Source: Candidatus Enterousia sp.
Lineage (GTDB): Bacteria > Pseudomonadota > Alphaproteobacteria > Rs-D84
Length of the DNA stretch: 64,000 nucleotides
Direction: 5' to 3'
Assembly (NCBI GenBank): GCA_045634865.1
Contig: JAZRBB010000008.1
Coordinates: forward strand, 14,407 to 78,406
Part shown: in pieces, positions 29,249-37,705 of the stretch
How the letters are laid out: every line of letters begins with the position of its first letter
How positions within the stretch are numbered: position 1 is the stretch's first letter
Translations under genes and position numbers: made by a program
Notes under the pieces: generated by a model
What the model was told of the DNA's origin: nothing
The model's input: only the letters and a program-made list of their open reading frames with translations
Databases searched by the model: none

Positions 29249-29989
29249 ATGAACAAAAAAACATTAGCAAGGTTTTATAAGACCCGAAACAAATCAGAAG
29301 TTGTATCAGAAAACAATGTAAAGCTTGAAAGATTTATAACAAATACATACCTGCAAAAATATATAACATTGAAAAAATCCGTTGTTGAAATTGGCGCAGG
29401 TATTCGTGCATATTCACCAGAATTGGTTAAATTAGCAAAATATGTTTTGGCTGTCGATTTGTTCCAAGAAAATTTAGATAAATTAAGCAGTAAAAAGATA
29501 AACACATTATGTGCAGATATTACTGATTTGAAATCTATTAAATCTGGTTCTTTTGATGTTGTATTCGTAAATGGTCCGATGTCGCATTTGTTTGATGATA
29601 CAGAACGCATACAGGCAATTAAAGAATCTTTTCGTATATGTAAAAAAAATGGTGTTGTATTGTTTAATTATTTAACTAATACACCAATAATATATCGTTC
29701 TGGATTGATAAAGGGAAATATTAACGCATTAAAGAAATATGATAAACGCACAGCAAAAGACATATACGCAACATATTTTGTAAATGATTTTCATAAATTG
29801 GTATCAAAAACCAAAATGAAACATATATGTGATGTATCTTTGGATGGATTGTTCGAAATATTGAAAGAATACACAAACAAATTGGCTAAAACTGAATTTA
29901 ATGCCTTAAAACAAATGCAATTAAGTATAGCAGAACGACCAGATATGATTGGTTGTAGTACTCATGTTTTAAGTATTTACAAGAAATAA
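29249..29989 (+). CDS. Class I SAM-dependent methyltransferase
   Basis: VEIGAGIRAY, AVDL, CADITDL, FDVVFVNGPMSHL, and C-terminal SLDG...ERPDMIGCSTHVL. ATG 29249 has an AAAGGA RBS. Confidence 0.85.
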   Translation: MNKKTLARFYKTRNKSEVVSENNVKLERFITNTYLQKYITLKKSVVEIGAGIRAYSPELVKLAKYVLAVDLFQENLDKLSSKKINTLCADITDLKSIKSGSFDVVFVNGPMSHLFDDTERIQAIKESFRICKKNGVVLFNYLTNTPIIYRSGLIKGNINALKKYDKRTAKDIYATYFVNDFHKLVSKTKMKHICDVSLDGLFEILKEYTNKLAKTEFNALKQMQLSIAERPDMIGCSTHVLSIYKK

Positions 29990-30321
29990 TTCGTTTCGCC
30001 CACACACCACAACCATTTTGAACAAAAAGAATATTTAGAGCGGATTTTCATTAGTTTTATAAGATTGTTGTTAGTTCGAATGTTATTAGCGTGTTATAAG
30101 CAGTTCGAAAGCATGGATAACGACATAATTTTTCAAAACTAAACTTTCGAACTTGCCAAAGTCTTATATTTTTGCTCTCTGGAATGCGCACGAGAGCTTG
30201 AATGCAAAGCGCACGGATTGTAATTCCCAACACTTCGTGTTGGGCCCCTTTCACTACGCTAACGCTTCGTTACGAACCAAACAACTTCGTTGTAGTGGCC
30301 TAATACCGAAAACACACCAAA

Positions 30322-30364
30322 ACCAATATTAAAACGCACCACAGGGGTGCGTTTGAATATTGGT
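30322..30364 (-). terminator. Terminator-like hairpin downstream of tRNA-Gln
   Basis: CCAATATT-A-AAACGCACC...GGTGCGTTT-G-AATATTGG. Confidence 0.6.
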
Positions 30365-30434
30365 TGGAGCGCACGGATTCGAACCATGATAAAGAGAACC
30401 AAAATCTCTTGTCCTACCATTAGACGACGCTCCA
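30361..30434 (-). tRNA. tRNA-Gln (TTG)
   Basis: TGGAGCGTCGTCTAATGGTAGGACAAGAGATTTTGGTTCTCTTTATCATGGTTCGAATCCGTGCGCTCCAACCA: cloverleaf, TTG anticodon, encoded CCA. Confidence 0.95.
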
Positions 30435-30504
30435 AAGATATGCCAATTATATATGTCTTTAATAATTTTTCAATAATAAAATAAAAAAATTTTTAATCAT
30501 GCTC

Positions 30505-30553
30505 TTGACTTTAAGATATGAAATACATATAATCATTAAAAATTTTAATGATT
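30505..30553 (+). promoter_or_regulatory. Promoter of the marR-RND operon with overlapping palindromic operator
   Basis: TTGACT-17-TATAAT (30505-30533); perfect inverted repeat AATCATTAAAA-A-TTTTAATGATT (30531-30553). Confidence 0.75.
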
Positions 30554-30585
30554 TAGTTTCTGAACAATTAACCAAGGGGGTATCT

Positions 30586-31032
30586 ATGACACATACCGAA
30601 GTGACACAATTGATGGCTGAAAATATGCGTATTATGGGGCGGTTGGCCAATCGTTTACAGCCTTTGTTCGAAGGCTCCAAACAATCGCGTCAGCAAATGA
30701 CAGTTTTGGTTCGTCTGTATTTATCCGGCAAAATCAAACTGAAAGATTTTTCTGCGCGTGAGGTTATTTCTACGGCTAACCTTTGTAGTGTTTTTCGCAA
30801 GTTGGAACAAGATAAATTGGTTGTTCGTTCAACTGACCCAGATGATCATCGTGATACTTGGTATGAAGTTACTAAATCAGGTAAGGTTTTAGCAGAAAAA
30901 ATTATTGATAAATTTATGACTGCGTTGGAATCTCTGTGCAAATGTTTGCCCGAATCTGAACAAGATAGATTGGCAGAAACCAGCAGGACTATAAATGAAA
31001 TATTGAAAAAGATGGAGCAAGCAAATGCGTAA
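30586..31032 (+). CDS. MarR-family transcriptional regulator
   Basis: wHTH with LEQDKLVVRSTDPDDHRDTWYEVTKSG; ATG 30586 has an AAGGGG RBS. Confidence 0.88.
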   Translation: MTHTEVTQLMAENMRIMGRLANRLQPLFEGSKQSRQQMTVLVRLYLSGKIKLKDFSAREVISTANLCSVFRKLEQDKLVVRSTDPDDHRDTWYEVTKSGKVLAEKIIDKFMTALESLCKCLPESEQDRLAETSRTINEILKKMEQANA

Positions 31033-32332
31033 ATTATTATTGTGTGTATTGTCGTGTGTGGCGGTAATCCCAAATGCGTTCGGTATGGATTTGTCGTTAA
31101 ATCAGGCGATTGAAAAAATCGTATCTGAATCTAATGATATTAAACGCGCAGATGCGAATATCAAGAAAGCAAAAGCACAATTAAGTGCTGTAAACGCAAA
31201 CCGTTGGATGTCGATTGATGGCACTGTGTCATATATGAATTTGATAAATGTGAAACGCCCAACCAGTTCGAATGGTGTTGAAATACCGTCTGATATTGGC
31301 GCGATTCTGGGTAGCGTTTTGCCACTTGATGCTATACCGGATAATATTTTTTCAGCAGGTGTGCAAATAACCCAACCTATTTATACTTTTGGTAAAATTG
31401 GAAATGCGGTTGATGCTGTGCATGATGCAATTGATATGTCTAAATCAGCCAAAGATTTAACCATGCGTGAAGTTAAGTATGCGGCGGCTAATTTATATTG
31501 GACTGCAAAAATGACAGATGAAATTGTGTCTGCGTCACAAAGAAATCTGAACAACGCACGTGCTGCGAAAAAGAAACTGACATCGGCAGGACGTGCAAAT
31601 CGCAGCAATTTAATTAAAATAGAATCTGATATTGCGTCCAAAGCAATCAATTTATCTGACGCTGAATTTAATCGTGATACAGCATACAGAATGCTGAAAA
31701 TTATGGCGGGAATTGATGTTGATGAAGATTTAATTTTGGTTGATAATTTTCCAGATAAATTTGCACCACTAAATGCAGGTAAATTAAAATCAAATCCAGA
31801 ATGGGATATTTATCAAAAACAAATTAAAATGTATGAATCGAATGCGTCGTCTAAACGTTCAGGGGCTTATCCAACATTGGCAGCAGTTGGTTCGTATTCT
31901 TTTTATTCTATGGGGCCTGATATGGGACATATGTTTGATAAAGAAGGTTCGCAGTCTGCATATTGGGGCTTGGCTTTGCAGGTTCCGTTGTTTAACGGTG
32001 GAATCCATTCTGCAAATGCAACAATGGAAGCGATGAATGCGGAATCTGCCCGTCAAGATTTGGATAAATCAAAGAAACTGAAAACCGAAGAATATGATAA
32101 CGCAGTAAGTAAGTATAAACATTTATGTAATAATTTGGGTAAGTTGAAAAAAGCGCACTCGCTGGCCCAGCAAGCATATGATGTGTCTGCAAAACGTTTT
32201 GCGACCGGTCAAACCTCTGCTGTTGAATTGGCTGATGTTTCTGGGGCTTTATATCAAATGGATATGGCTTTGTTAAATGCGAAATACAATATTTTAATGT
32301 CTGCAGAATCGGTTAAGAAATTAGGTGAATAA
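31025..32332 (+). CDS. tolC: TolC-family outer membrane channel
   Basis: Signal peptide, LSLNQAI, ITQPIYTFG, LQVPLFNGG, RFATGQTSAVEL. Confidence 0.85.
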   Translation: MRKLLLCVLSCVAVIPNAFGMDLSLNQAIEKIVSESNDIKRADANIKKAKAQLSAVNANRWMSIDGTVSYMNLINVKRPTSSNGVEIPSDIGAILGSVLPLDAIPDNIFSAGVQITQPIYTFGKIGNAVDAVHDAIDMSKSAKDLTMREVKYAAANLYWTAKMTDEIVSASQRNLNNARAAKKKLTSAGRANRSNLIKIESDIASKAINLSDAEFNRDTAYRMLKIMAGIDVDEDLILVDNFPDKFAPLNAGKLKSNPEWDIYQKQIKMYESNASSKRSGAYPTLAAVGSYSFYSMGPDMGHMFDKEGSQSAYWGLALQVPLFNGGIHSANATMEAMNAESARQDLDKSKKLKTEEYDNAVSKYKHLCNNLGKLKKAHSLAQQAYDVSAKRFATGQTSAVELADVSGALYQMDMALLNAKYNILMSAESVKKLGE

Positions 32333-32333
32333 A

Positions 32334-32948
32334 ATGACAACTGAAAAAATAGAAAATTTTGTAAAAAAATTGAAAACAAAAAAATCAAAAAATATCATTT
32401 ATATATTTTTGATGGTTGTGTTGATTGGTTGTTTTGCTTATCGCTTTTATAACGTGTTCACAGAAAGAAATCGCACAGTGTTTAATATCATGCGTAATAA
32501 TATTGAAAACGGAATACCGGTTGAAACATTGAAAATATCTGAAACAAATGGTGTGTTATATCAACCGTTAAACATAAAAAATAATCGCGCATATGTATCG
32601 GGGGCGCGTGTCAATATGTTCAAGGTTGGTCAAAAAATTGGTAATTGTAAAATCGTTTCTGTATCAAAAAATATAGATTTATATTCTGGTATGCATGTTA
32701 TAAAAACATCTGGTTGTCCAGACGGTTTGCAATATGTGGAACACAGGCAATATGGTTTCTATGTGCCGGTTTCTGCTGTATATGGCAATAATGTATATGT
32801 TGTAAATGGTGATAAATCAAGTGTTCGTGATATAGTCATAGAAGCGCGCGATTCACAAAATGTTTTGGTAAAATCTGGATTGAAAAATGGTGATATTGTG
32901 ATTTTATCAAAGGTTCAAGATAACGAAAAAATTAAAATTGTAAAGTAG
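32334..32948 (+). CDS. Miniature periplasmic adaptor (membrane-fusion-like) protein
   Basis: Position between tolC and RND; N-terminal TM; VPVSAV...VYVV and VKSGLKNGDIVI are typical MFP C-terminal motifs; only about 204 aa. Confidence 0.7.
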   Translation: MTTEKIENFVKKLKTKKSKNIIYIFLMVVLIGCFAYRFYNVFTERNRTVFNIMRNNIENGIPVETLKISETNGVLYQPLNIKNNRAYVSGARVNMFKVGQKIGNCKIVSVSKNIDLYSGMHVIKTSGCPDGLQYVEHRQYGFYVPVSAVYGNNVYVVNGDKSSVRDIVIEARDSQNVLVKSGLKNGDIVILSKVQDNEKIKIVK

Positions 32949-32967
32949 TGAAACAAAGGGATATAAA

Positions 32968-35900
32968 ATGTTAAAGTTCTTTATTCGCAGACCTGTCACA
33001 ACAATAATGTTCGTTTTGTTTTTTGTGGTTTTAGGGTTGGTTTCTTTTCCCAAAATGAACATAGAACGTTCGCCGTCTGTGGATTTTCCGTATGTGACGG
33101 TGACATTTGTATATCCGGGCGCTTCATCTTCTGAACTAGAAAGTCAGGTTGTTAAAAAAGCAGAAAATGCAATGTCAGAGGTTGCAGGTGTTAAAAAAAT
33201 TACAAGTCAGATTTATGAAAACAGCGCTTATGTTATATCTGAATTTAATTTGGGTGTAAATGTTGATGACAAGGCGAATGAGGTCAAAGCAAAAATTGAT
33301 GGATTGGCTAATGAATTTCCGTCAGATTTGAAACAACCAGTAATTGCAAAACTAAACCCATTACAGCAAGCGGTATTGGATATTGTTATCCAAGGTGCAG
33401 ACGCAAAAGATTTGGAAAAATATATAAAAGATAACCTGTCTAATAAAATAACAGCAGTTCGCGGTGTTGCATCTGTAAATACATTTGGTGGTTTGACGCG
33501 TGCTGTGCGTATCGCAATGGATCCAGATTTAATGGCTGCGCATGGTGTTACGATAAATGATATAGTATCTGCAATTGCAACACATAATTTGAATGTGCCA
33601 GGTGGAAAAATTGAAACAGATATCAATTCTGAAAATGTTCGTTTTGTTGGTGAATTCCAAAACGTCAAAGAAATATCAGATCTAGAGATAACAACTGTCG
33701 AAGGCGATACTTTCAAGTTGTCCGATGTTGCAAATGTTCGTGATGCCGCGCGTGATATTGAAAAAGGTGCCAGGTATAATGGCAAAGAGGTTGTTATAAT
33801 GTCTGTGGTCAAGGCTTCTGATGGTAATGCAATAAAAATATCAAACGCTTTGCGTAAAAAAATGCCGGAATTGCAAGCACAATTAGAAACCCGTTTCCAA
33901 AATGCAACGATGGAAATTGTTTCTGATTCATCTTTGACAATATCCCAAGCAACAACAGACACAATAAATAGTATTGTTTTGGGTGTTATATTTACAATCA
34001 TAGTATTGTTGGCATTTACGCGTAATTGGCGTTCTACGATTATTGCTGGTGTTGTGATTCCTGTATCATTATTATCAGGTTTCTTTCTTATGAACGGTAG
34101 CGGTTTTACAATAAACACCATGACTTTATTGGCGTATGCGACAGCGCTTGGCACATTAGTATCAAACGCGATTATTTTAATTGAATCTGCATTAAGTGAA
34201 TTGCAGGCTGGTAAAACACCAGAACAAGCCGCAGAAGAAGGGACGCGTAAGGTTGCAATTCCTGTGTTGGCTGGTGTTGGCACGAACGTAGTTGTGTTTT
34301 TACCCTTGGCATTTATGGGTGGTATTGTTGGACAATTTATGTTGCAGTTTGGTATGACTGTTGTTTATTTAACATTATTATCATTATTGTTTTCATTTAC
34401 TTTGACACCGATGATGATTGCGAAATTATTAAGATTTAATCAAAAGAACAAAAAAGATATTCAACAAGTACAAAAGCATAATAATTCTACGCGTTTGCAT
34501 TCGTGGTACGAATATCAATATAAACGTCCATGGATTGTTATTCTGGGGGCTGTTGGCATCTTGATTTTGTCTGCCAGGTTGATGGGTTATGTCGGAAATG
34601 AGTTTTCGCCATCTACAGACGCAAATGAAATAACAATTACAGCACGTGCGCCAATGGGCAGTTTATATGCAAAATCTGAGTCTATTGCAAAAATCATAGA
34701 AGAACGAGTATCGAACATTCCAGAGGTTAAATCTACAACGGTTAAGATAGGTGATAAAGGTTTGCAGAATATCAGTGTCAAAGTGACATTGGTTGATGTT
34801 GAAAAACGAAAAATATCTGATAAACAGTTGGCGCAACAAATATTACCAACATTGGCTGATATCCCCGATGCAGAAATCCAAATTCGTGCAGGAGAAAATA
34901 TGTCCAGCGCTGGTATAAGTTCTGATTTGGTATTAAATGTATTTGGTGATGATGATGATAAACGTAATATGTATGCAAATCAGATAATAGCAAACATTAA
35001 CAAAATAGAATCTGTGCAAAGTGTGGTTCTGGCACAACAAGCACCAGCAAAAGAAATTCGCTTTATACCAGACAATGAAAAAATGAATTTTTGGGGTGTG
35101 AAAAATGCAAATGCTGGGGTTGCTTTGCGTACAGCATTATTTGGGAACGATACACATAAATACAAAGAGCATGGTGATGAATATCCAATAGTTTTAGAGT
35201 TCGATAAACAATTCAAGAATAAATCGATGTTTGATAGTGTTTATGTCAGTTCTCAAAAAGGGATGGTTGCGTTATCACAATTGGGAACCTTGGAAAGCGC
35301 GCCTGCATCATCTAATATTTATCGTTTGGATAAAAACAGAATAACAGAAATAGATATAAATATTGGTAAATCTACGATTGGTCCTGTGCAGGCCGAAATC
35401 CAGAAATATTTGGATACTATAAATTGGGAACCAGGATACAGCGCGTCTTTTGCAGGTATGTCCGAAATTCAATCTGAAAGCACAGGTGAAATCGCTCAGG
35501 CATTTTTGTTGGCTACGATTTTAACATTTATGTTATTGGCTGCAATTATGAATTCGTTTATACATCCGTTCACTATTGCGACATCTATTATAACCAGTTT
35601 TGCGGGTGTGTTTATTGTGCTGTTTTTATCTGGTGCATCAATGAATGTCGGTGCGATGTTGGCGTTTATTATGTTGGTTGGTTTGGTTGTGAATAACAAT
35701 ATTTTGGTTTTGGAACCAACAGTTGCACGTGTGCAAAGGGGTGAAAACGCATATAAAGTTTTATGGCAAGAATTGATGGATAAAAAGCGTATGATTTGGA
35801 TGACTACTATTGCTGTCGTTGCGGGTATGTTGCCACAATTATGGTCAAATGATGGATTGAAAGTCGCGATGGGTGCGGTTATGATTGGCGGTATGTGTGC

Positions 35901-35985
35901 GTCTTTGATATGGACGTTCTGTCTGACACCCGCATTGTTCTTTGTAATGGAAAAGTTGCGTGTAAAATTGAGTCGCAAGAAATAA
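32968..35985 (+). CDS. RND-family (AcrB-like) transporter with non-canonical TM4/TM10
   Basis: FIRRPV, PSVDFP, YPGASS, 12-TM RND layout with two periplasmic loops; TM4 VSNAI and TM10 VNNNI. Confidence 0.92.
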   Translation: MLKFFIRRPVTTIMFVLFFVVLGLVSFPKMNIERSPSVDFPYVTVTFVYPGASSSELESQVVKKAENAMSEVAGVKKITSQIYENSAYVISEFNLGVNVDDKANEVKAKIDGLANEFPSDLKQPVIAKLNPLQQAVLDIVIQGADAKDLEKYIKDNLSNKITAVRGVASVNTFGGLTRAVRIAMDPDLMAAHGVTINDIVSAIATHNLNVPGGKIETDINSENVRFVGEFQNVKEISDLEITTVEGDTFKLSDVANVRDAARDIEKGARYNGKEVVIMSVVKASDGNAIKISNALRKKMPELQAQLETRFQNATMEIVSDSSLTISQATTDTINSIVLGVIFTIIVLLAFTRNWRSTIIAGVVIPVSLLSGFFLMNGSGFTINTMTLLAYATALGTLVSNAIILIESALSELQAGKTPEQAAEEGTRKVAIPVLAGVGTNVVVFLPLAFMGGIVGQFMLQFGMTVVYLTLLSLLFSFTLTPMMIAKLLRFNQKNKKDIQQVQKHNNSTRLHSWYEYQYKRPWIVILGAVGILILSARLMGYVGNEFSPSTDANEITITARAPMGSLYAKSESIAKIIEERVSNIPEVKSTTVKIGDKGLQNISVKVTLVDVEKRKISDKQLAQQILPTLADIPDAEIQIRAGENMSSAGISSDLVLNVFGDDDDKRNMYANQIIANINKIESVQSVVLAQQAPAKEIRFIPDNEKMNFWGVKNANAGVALRTALFGNDTHKYKEHGDEYPIVLEFDKQFKNKSMFDSVYVSSQKGMVALSQLGTLESAPASSNIYRLDKNRITEIDINIGKSTIGPVQAEIQKYLDTINWEPGYSASFAGMSEIQSESTGEIAQAFLLATILTFMLLAAIMNSFIHPFTIATSIITSFAGVFIVLFLSGASMNVGAMLAFIMLVGLVVNNNILVLEPTVARVQRGENAYKVLWQELMDKKRMIWMTTIAVVAGMLPQLWSNDGLKVAMGAVMIGGMCASLIWTFCLTPALFFVMEKLRVKLSRKK

Positions 35986-36048
35986 AATTGACTCAGCATC
36001 AGTTTCGTGATATTCTGCTGGCATACCAAAAGCCAAGGAATAAGACAC

Positions 36049-36648
36049 ATGTTAAAGAAAGTAAGTGTAGTAGTTTTTGATTTTGACGGAACATTATCTG
36101 CTGGCGATTCAAACATTGATTTTGAATGCTATTGTTTCAGACATTCGGTCAAGCCATGGTTTTATATTCCGTCTATGCTAGTTGCATTAGTTGTGAAGTT
36201 TTTCAATCCAGATGGCATTTGGTGGCGACAAAAAATGCATAGATTTTTAACACAAAAAATGGTTCGTGATTTTACGCCAGCATTTATCAAAGAGCACAAA
36301 CAAAAACGTTTTGGTTGGGCCAAGGAGCAGGTCGCTAAAGAAAGCGCCGCTGGTAATAAAGTTGTTTTAATTTCAGCCAGTCCTGATTATTTGGTTCCAA
36401 AGTTGGTTTCTGATATTAAATTTGATGCAGTGTTAACTTCTGAAACCCAGCAAGATAAACCATGGAAATATGATTTTGTATGCTATGGTAAAAACAAAGT
36501 CGTTGCATTGGACGATTGGGCGAAAAAAAATAATTTTATACCAAATGTTGTGCGTTCTTATTCGGACAGTCGCTCTGATATACCGATTATGAATATCGCA
36601 AAAGAACAAATTTGGATAAACCGCAAAACAGGTCTGCGTAAAAACTAA
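36049..36648 (+). CDS. HAD-superfamily (IB) phosphatase
   Basis: FDFDGTL, ISASP, YGKNKV, YSDSRSDIP. Confidence 0.85.
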   Translation: MLKKVSVVVFDFDGTLSAGDSNIDFECYCFRHSVKPWFYIPSMLVALVVKFFNPDGIWWRQKMHRFLTQKMVRDFTPAFIKEHKQKRFGWAKEQVAKESAAGNKVVLISASPDYLVPKLVSDIKFDAVLTSETQQDKPWKYDFVCYGKNKVVALDDWAKKNNFIPNVVRSYSDSRSDIPIMNIAKEQIWINRKTGLRKN

Positions 36649-36653
36649 AAATA

Positions 36654-36675
36654 AAACCAGCGATTGCTGTTTTTT
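36654..36675 (+). terminator. Terminator after the RND/HAD operon
   Basis: CAGC-GATT-GCTG followed by T6; short stem. Confidence 0.5.
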
Positions 36676-36733
36676 GTTTGGTTTTATACCTAAAATTTGA
36701 TAAAATATTCCCTGTAGATAGTGAGGGAAAATC

Positions 36734-37705
36734 GTGAAGTTTTCAGATGTTTTTTGTAAGAAGTGTTTATACGCGATTTTTTCGTGCGTTTGCTTGCCAA
36801 GTACATCTTTTGCAGTGGAAATTTTAGATTTAAATACCGCATTACAAAATACGTATCGTGCATGTGTTGGTATTGATGATAAATTATCAGATTATAAAAC
36901 ATTGGCGGGCATAAATACTGGTGTCCAGGCTGTGGGTACGGGTCTTGGTGTTGGCGCAACAGTTGTTGGTATTGTAAAGGTTTCAACGGATAAGGCGGCA
37001 GAATCTTATGAAAAAATACTGAAAGAATTGCGTGAAAAAACAAAAAATGTTAAATATGAAACTTTGACAGACGAAGACAAAGCAAATTTTGAAAAAGAAT
37101 TTGAAGTTTCGTTTGATACGGCTGTAAAAGATATTGATAATTACAAATCAGAATTAGACAAACTTACAACTAAATCAAAAAAATTGGGTAATTGGCGAAC
37201 TGGATTATTGGCAACAAATACCGCAACCAATGTGGCTGGTGCAATATTGGCTTCCCAAAGTGGTCAAAACAAAGATTTGCAGGCAATGGTGAAAAATTGT
37301 TTGGAGAGTATTGATGCATTAAATATGTCCATTGGTCAGGCGCGCATAAATGGTGAGGATGTATCAGAGGCAAAAGAAATCGCGTCGGCATGTGGCGAAT
37401 ACAGGTCTGTTGATGTTTCGTCTATATCAAAACGTGCAACCGGTGCTATGGCGGCATCTATCGTTGGTGCTGCGACTGGTGCGACAGGAACGATAACATC
37501 AGCTGTGGCGAATACGGATAAAATACGTAATGACAATACCAATGCTGGTAAAAAGAAAGAAAAGGATTTGAATACAGCATCTAATGTGCTGGCGGGTGCA
37601 ACAGCGGTTGCGTCTGCAACATCAACGGTATTTAGTGGGACACAAATAGCAGCGATAAAACGTGTCGCAAATGTAGCGTCCAGGTGTGAGGGGGTATTGA
37701 AATGA
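36734..37705 (+). CDS. Exported protein with four Gly/Ala/Thr-rich hydrophobic helices and a coiled coil (translocator/pore-former-like)
   Basis: GAGGG RBS and GTG start, signal peptide, two-fold internal repeat; overlaps the next gene (ATGA). Confidence 0.75.
   Translation: MKFSDVFCKKCLYAIFSCVCLPSTSFAVEILDLNTALQNTYRACVGIDDKLSDYKTLAGINTGVQAVGTGLGVGATVVGIVKVSTDKAAESYEKILKELREKTKNVKYETLTDEDKANFEKEFEVSFDTAVKDIDNYKSELDKLTTKSKKLGNWRTGLLATNTATNVAGAILASQSGQNKDLQAMVKNCLESIDALNMSIGQARINGEDVSEAKEIASACGEYRSVDVSSISKRATGAMAASIVGAATGATGTITSAVANTDKIRNDNTNAGKKKEKDLNTASNVLAGATAVASATSTVFSGTQIAAIKRVANVASRCEGVLK

Larger units (their letters stand above)
29172..30015. mobile_element. Putative non-autonomous cassette bounded by 24-bp imperfect inverted repeats, carrying a methyltransferase gene and its promoter
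   Basis: Left TGGTTGGGGTGTGCGGGCGAAACG (29172-29195) versus reverse complement of the right repeat TGGTTGTGGTGTGTGGGCGAAACG (29992-30015): 22/24 identical, GC-rich against an AT-rich interior. Confidence 0.55.

Noticed and set aside
30057-30254. 65-aa minus-strand ORF downstream of tRNA-Gln as an integrase remnant
   Set aside because: No tyrosine or serine recombinase motifs in any of the three minus-strand frames, and it starts inside the hairpin array.
33228-34283. 351-aa minus-strand ORF (and similar 100-200 aa antisense ORFs over ftsW, mraY, the virB6-like genes, rmuC and rplL)
   Set aside because: Fully antisense to well-supported genes, with no RBS or motifs; these are shadow ORFs produced by codon bias on the coding strand.
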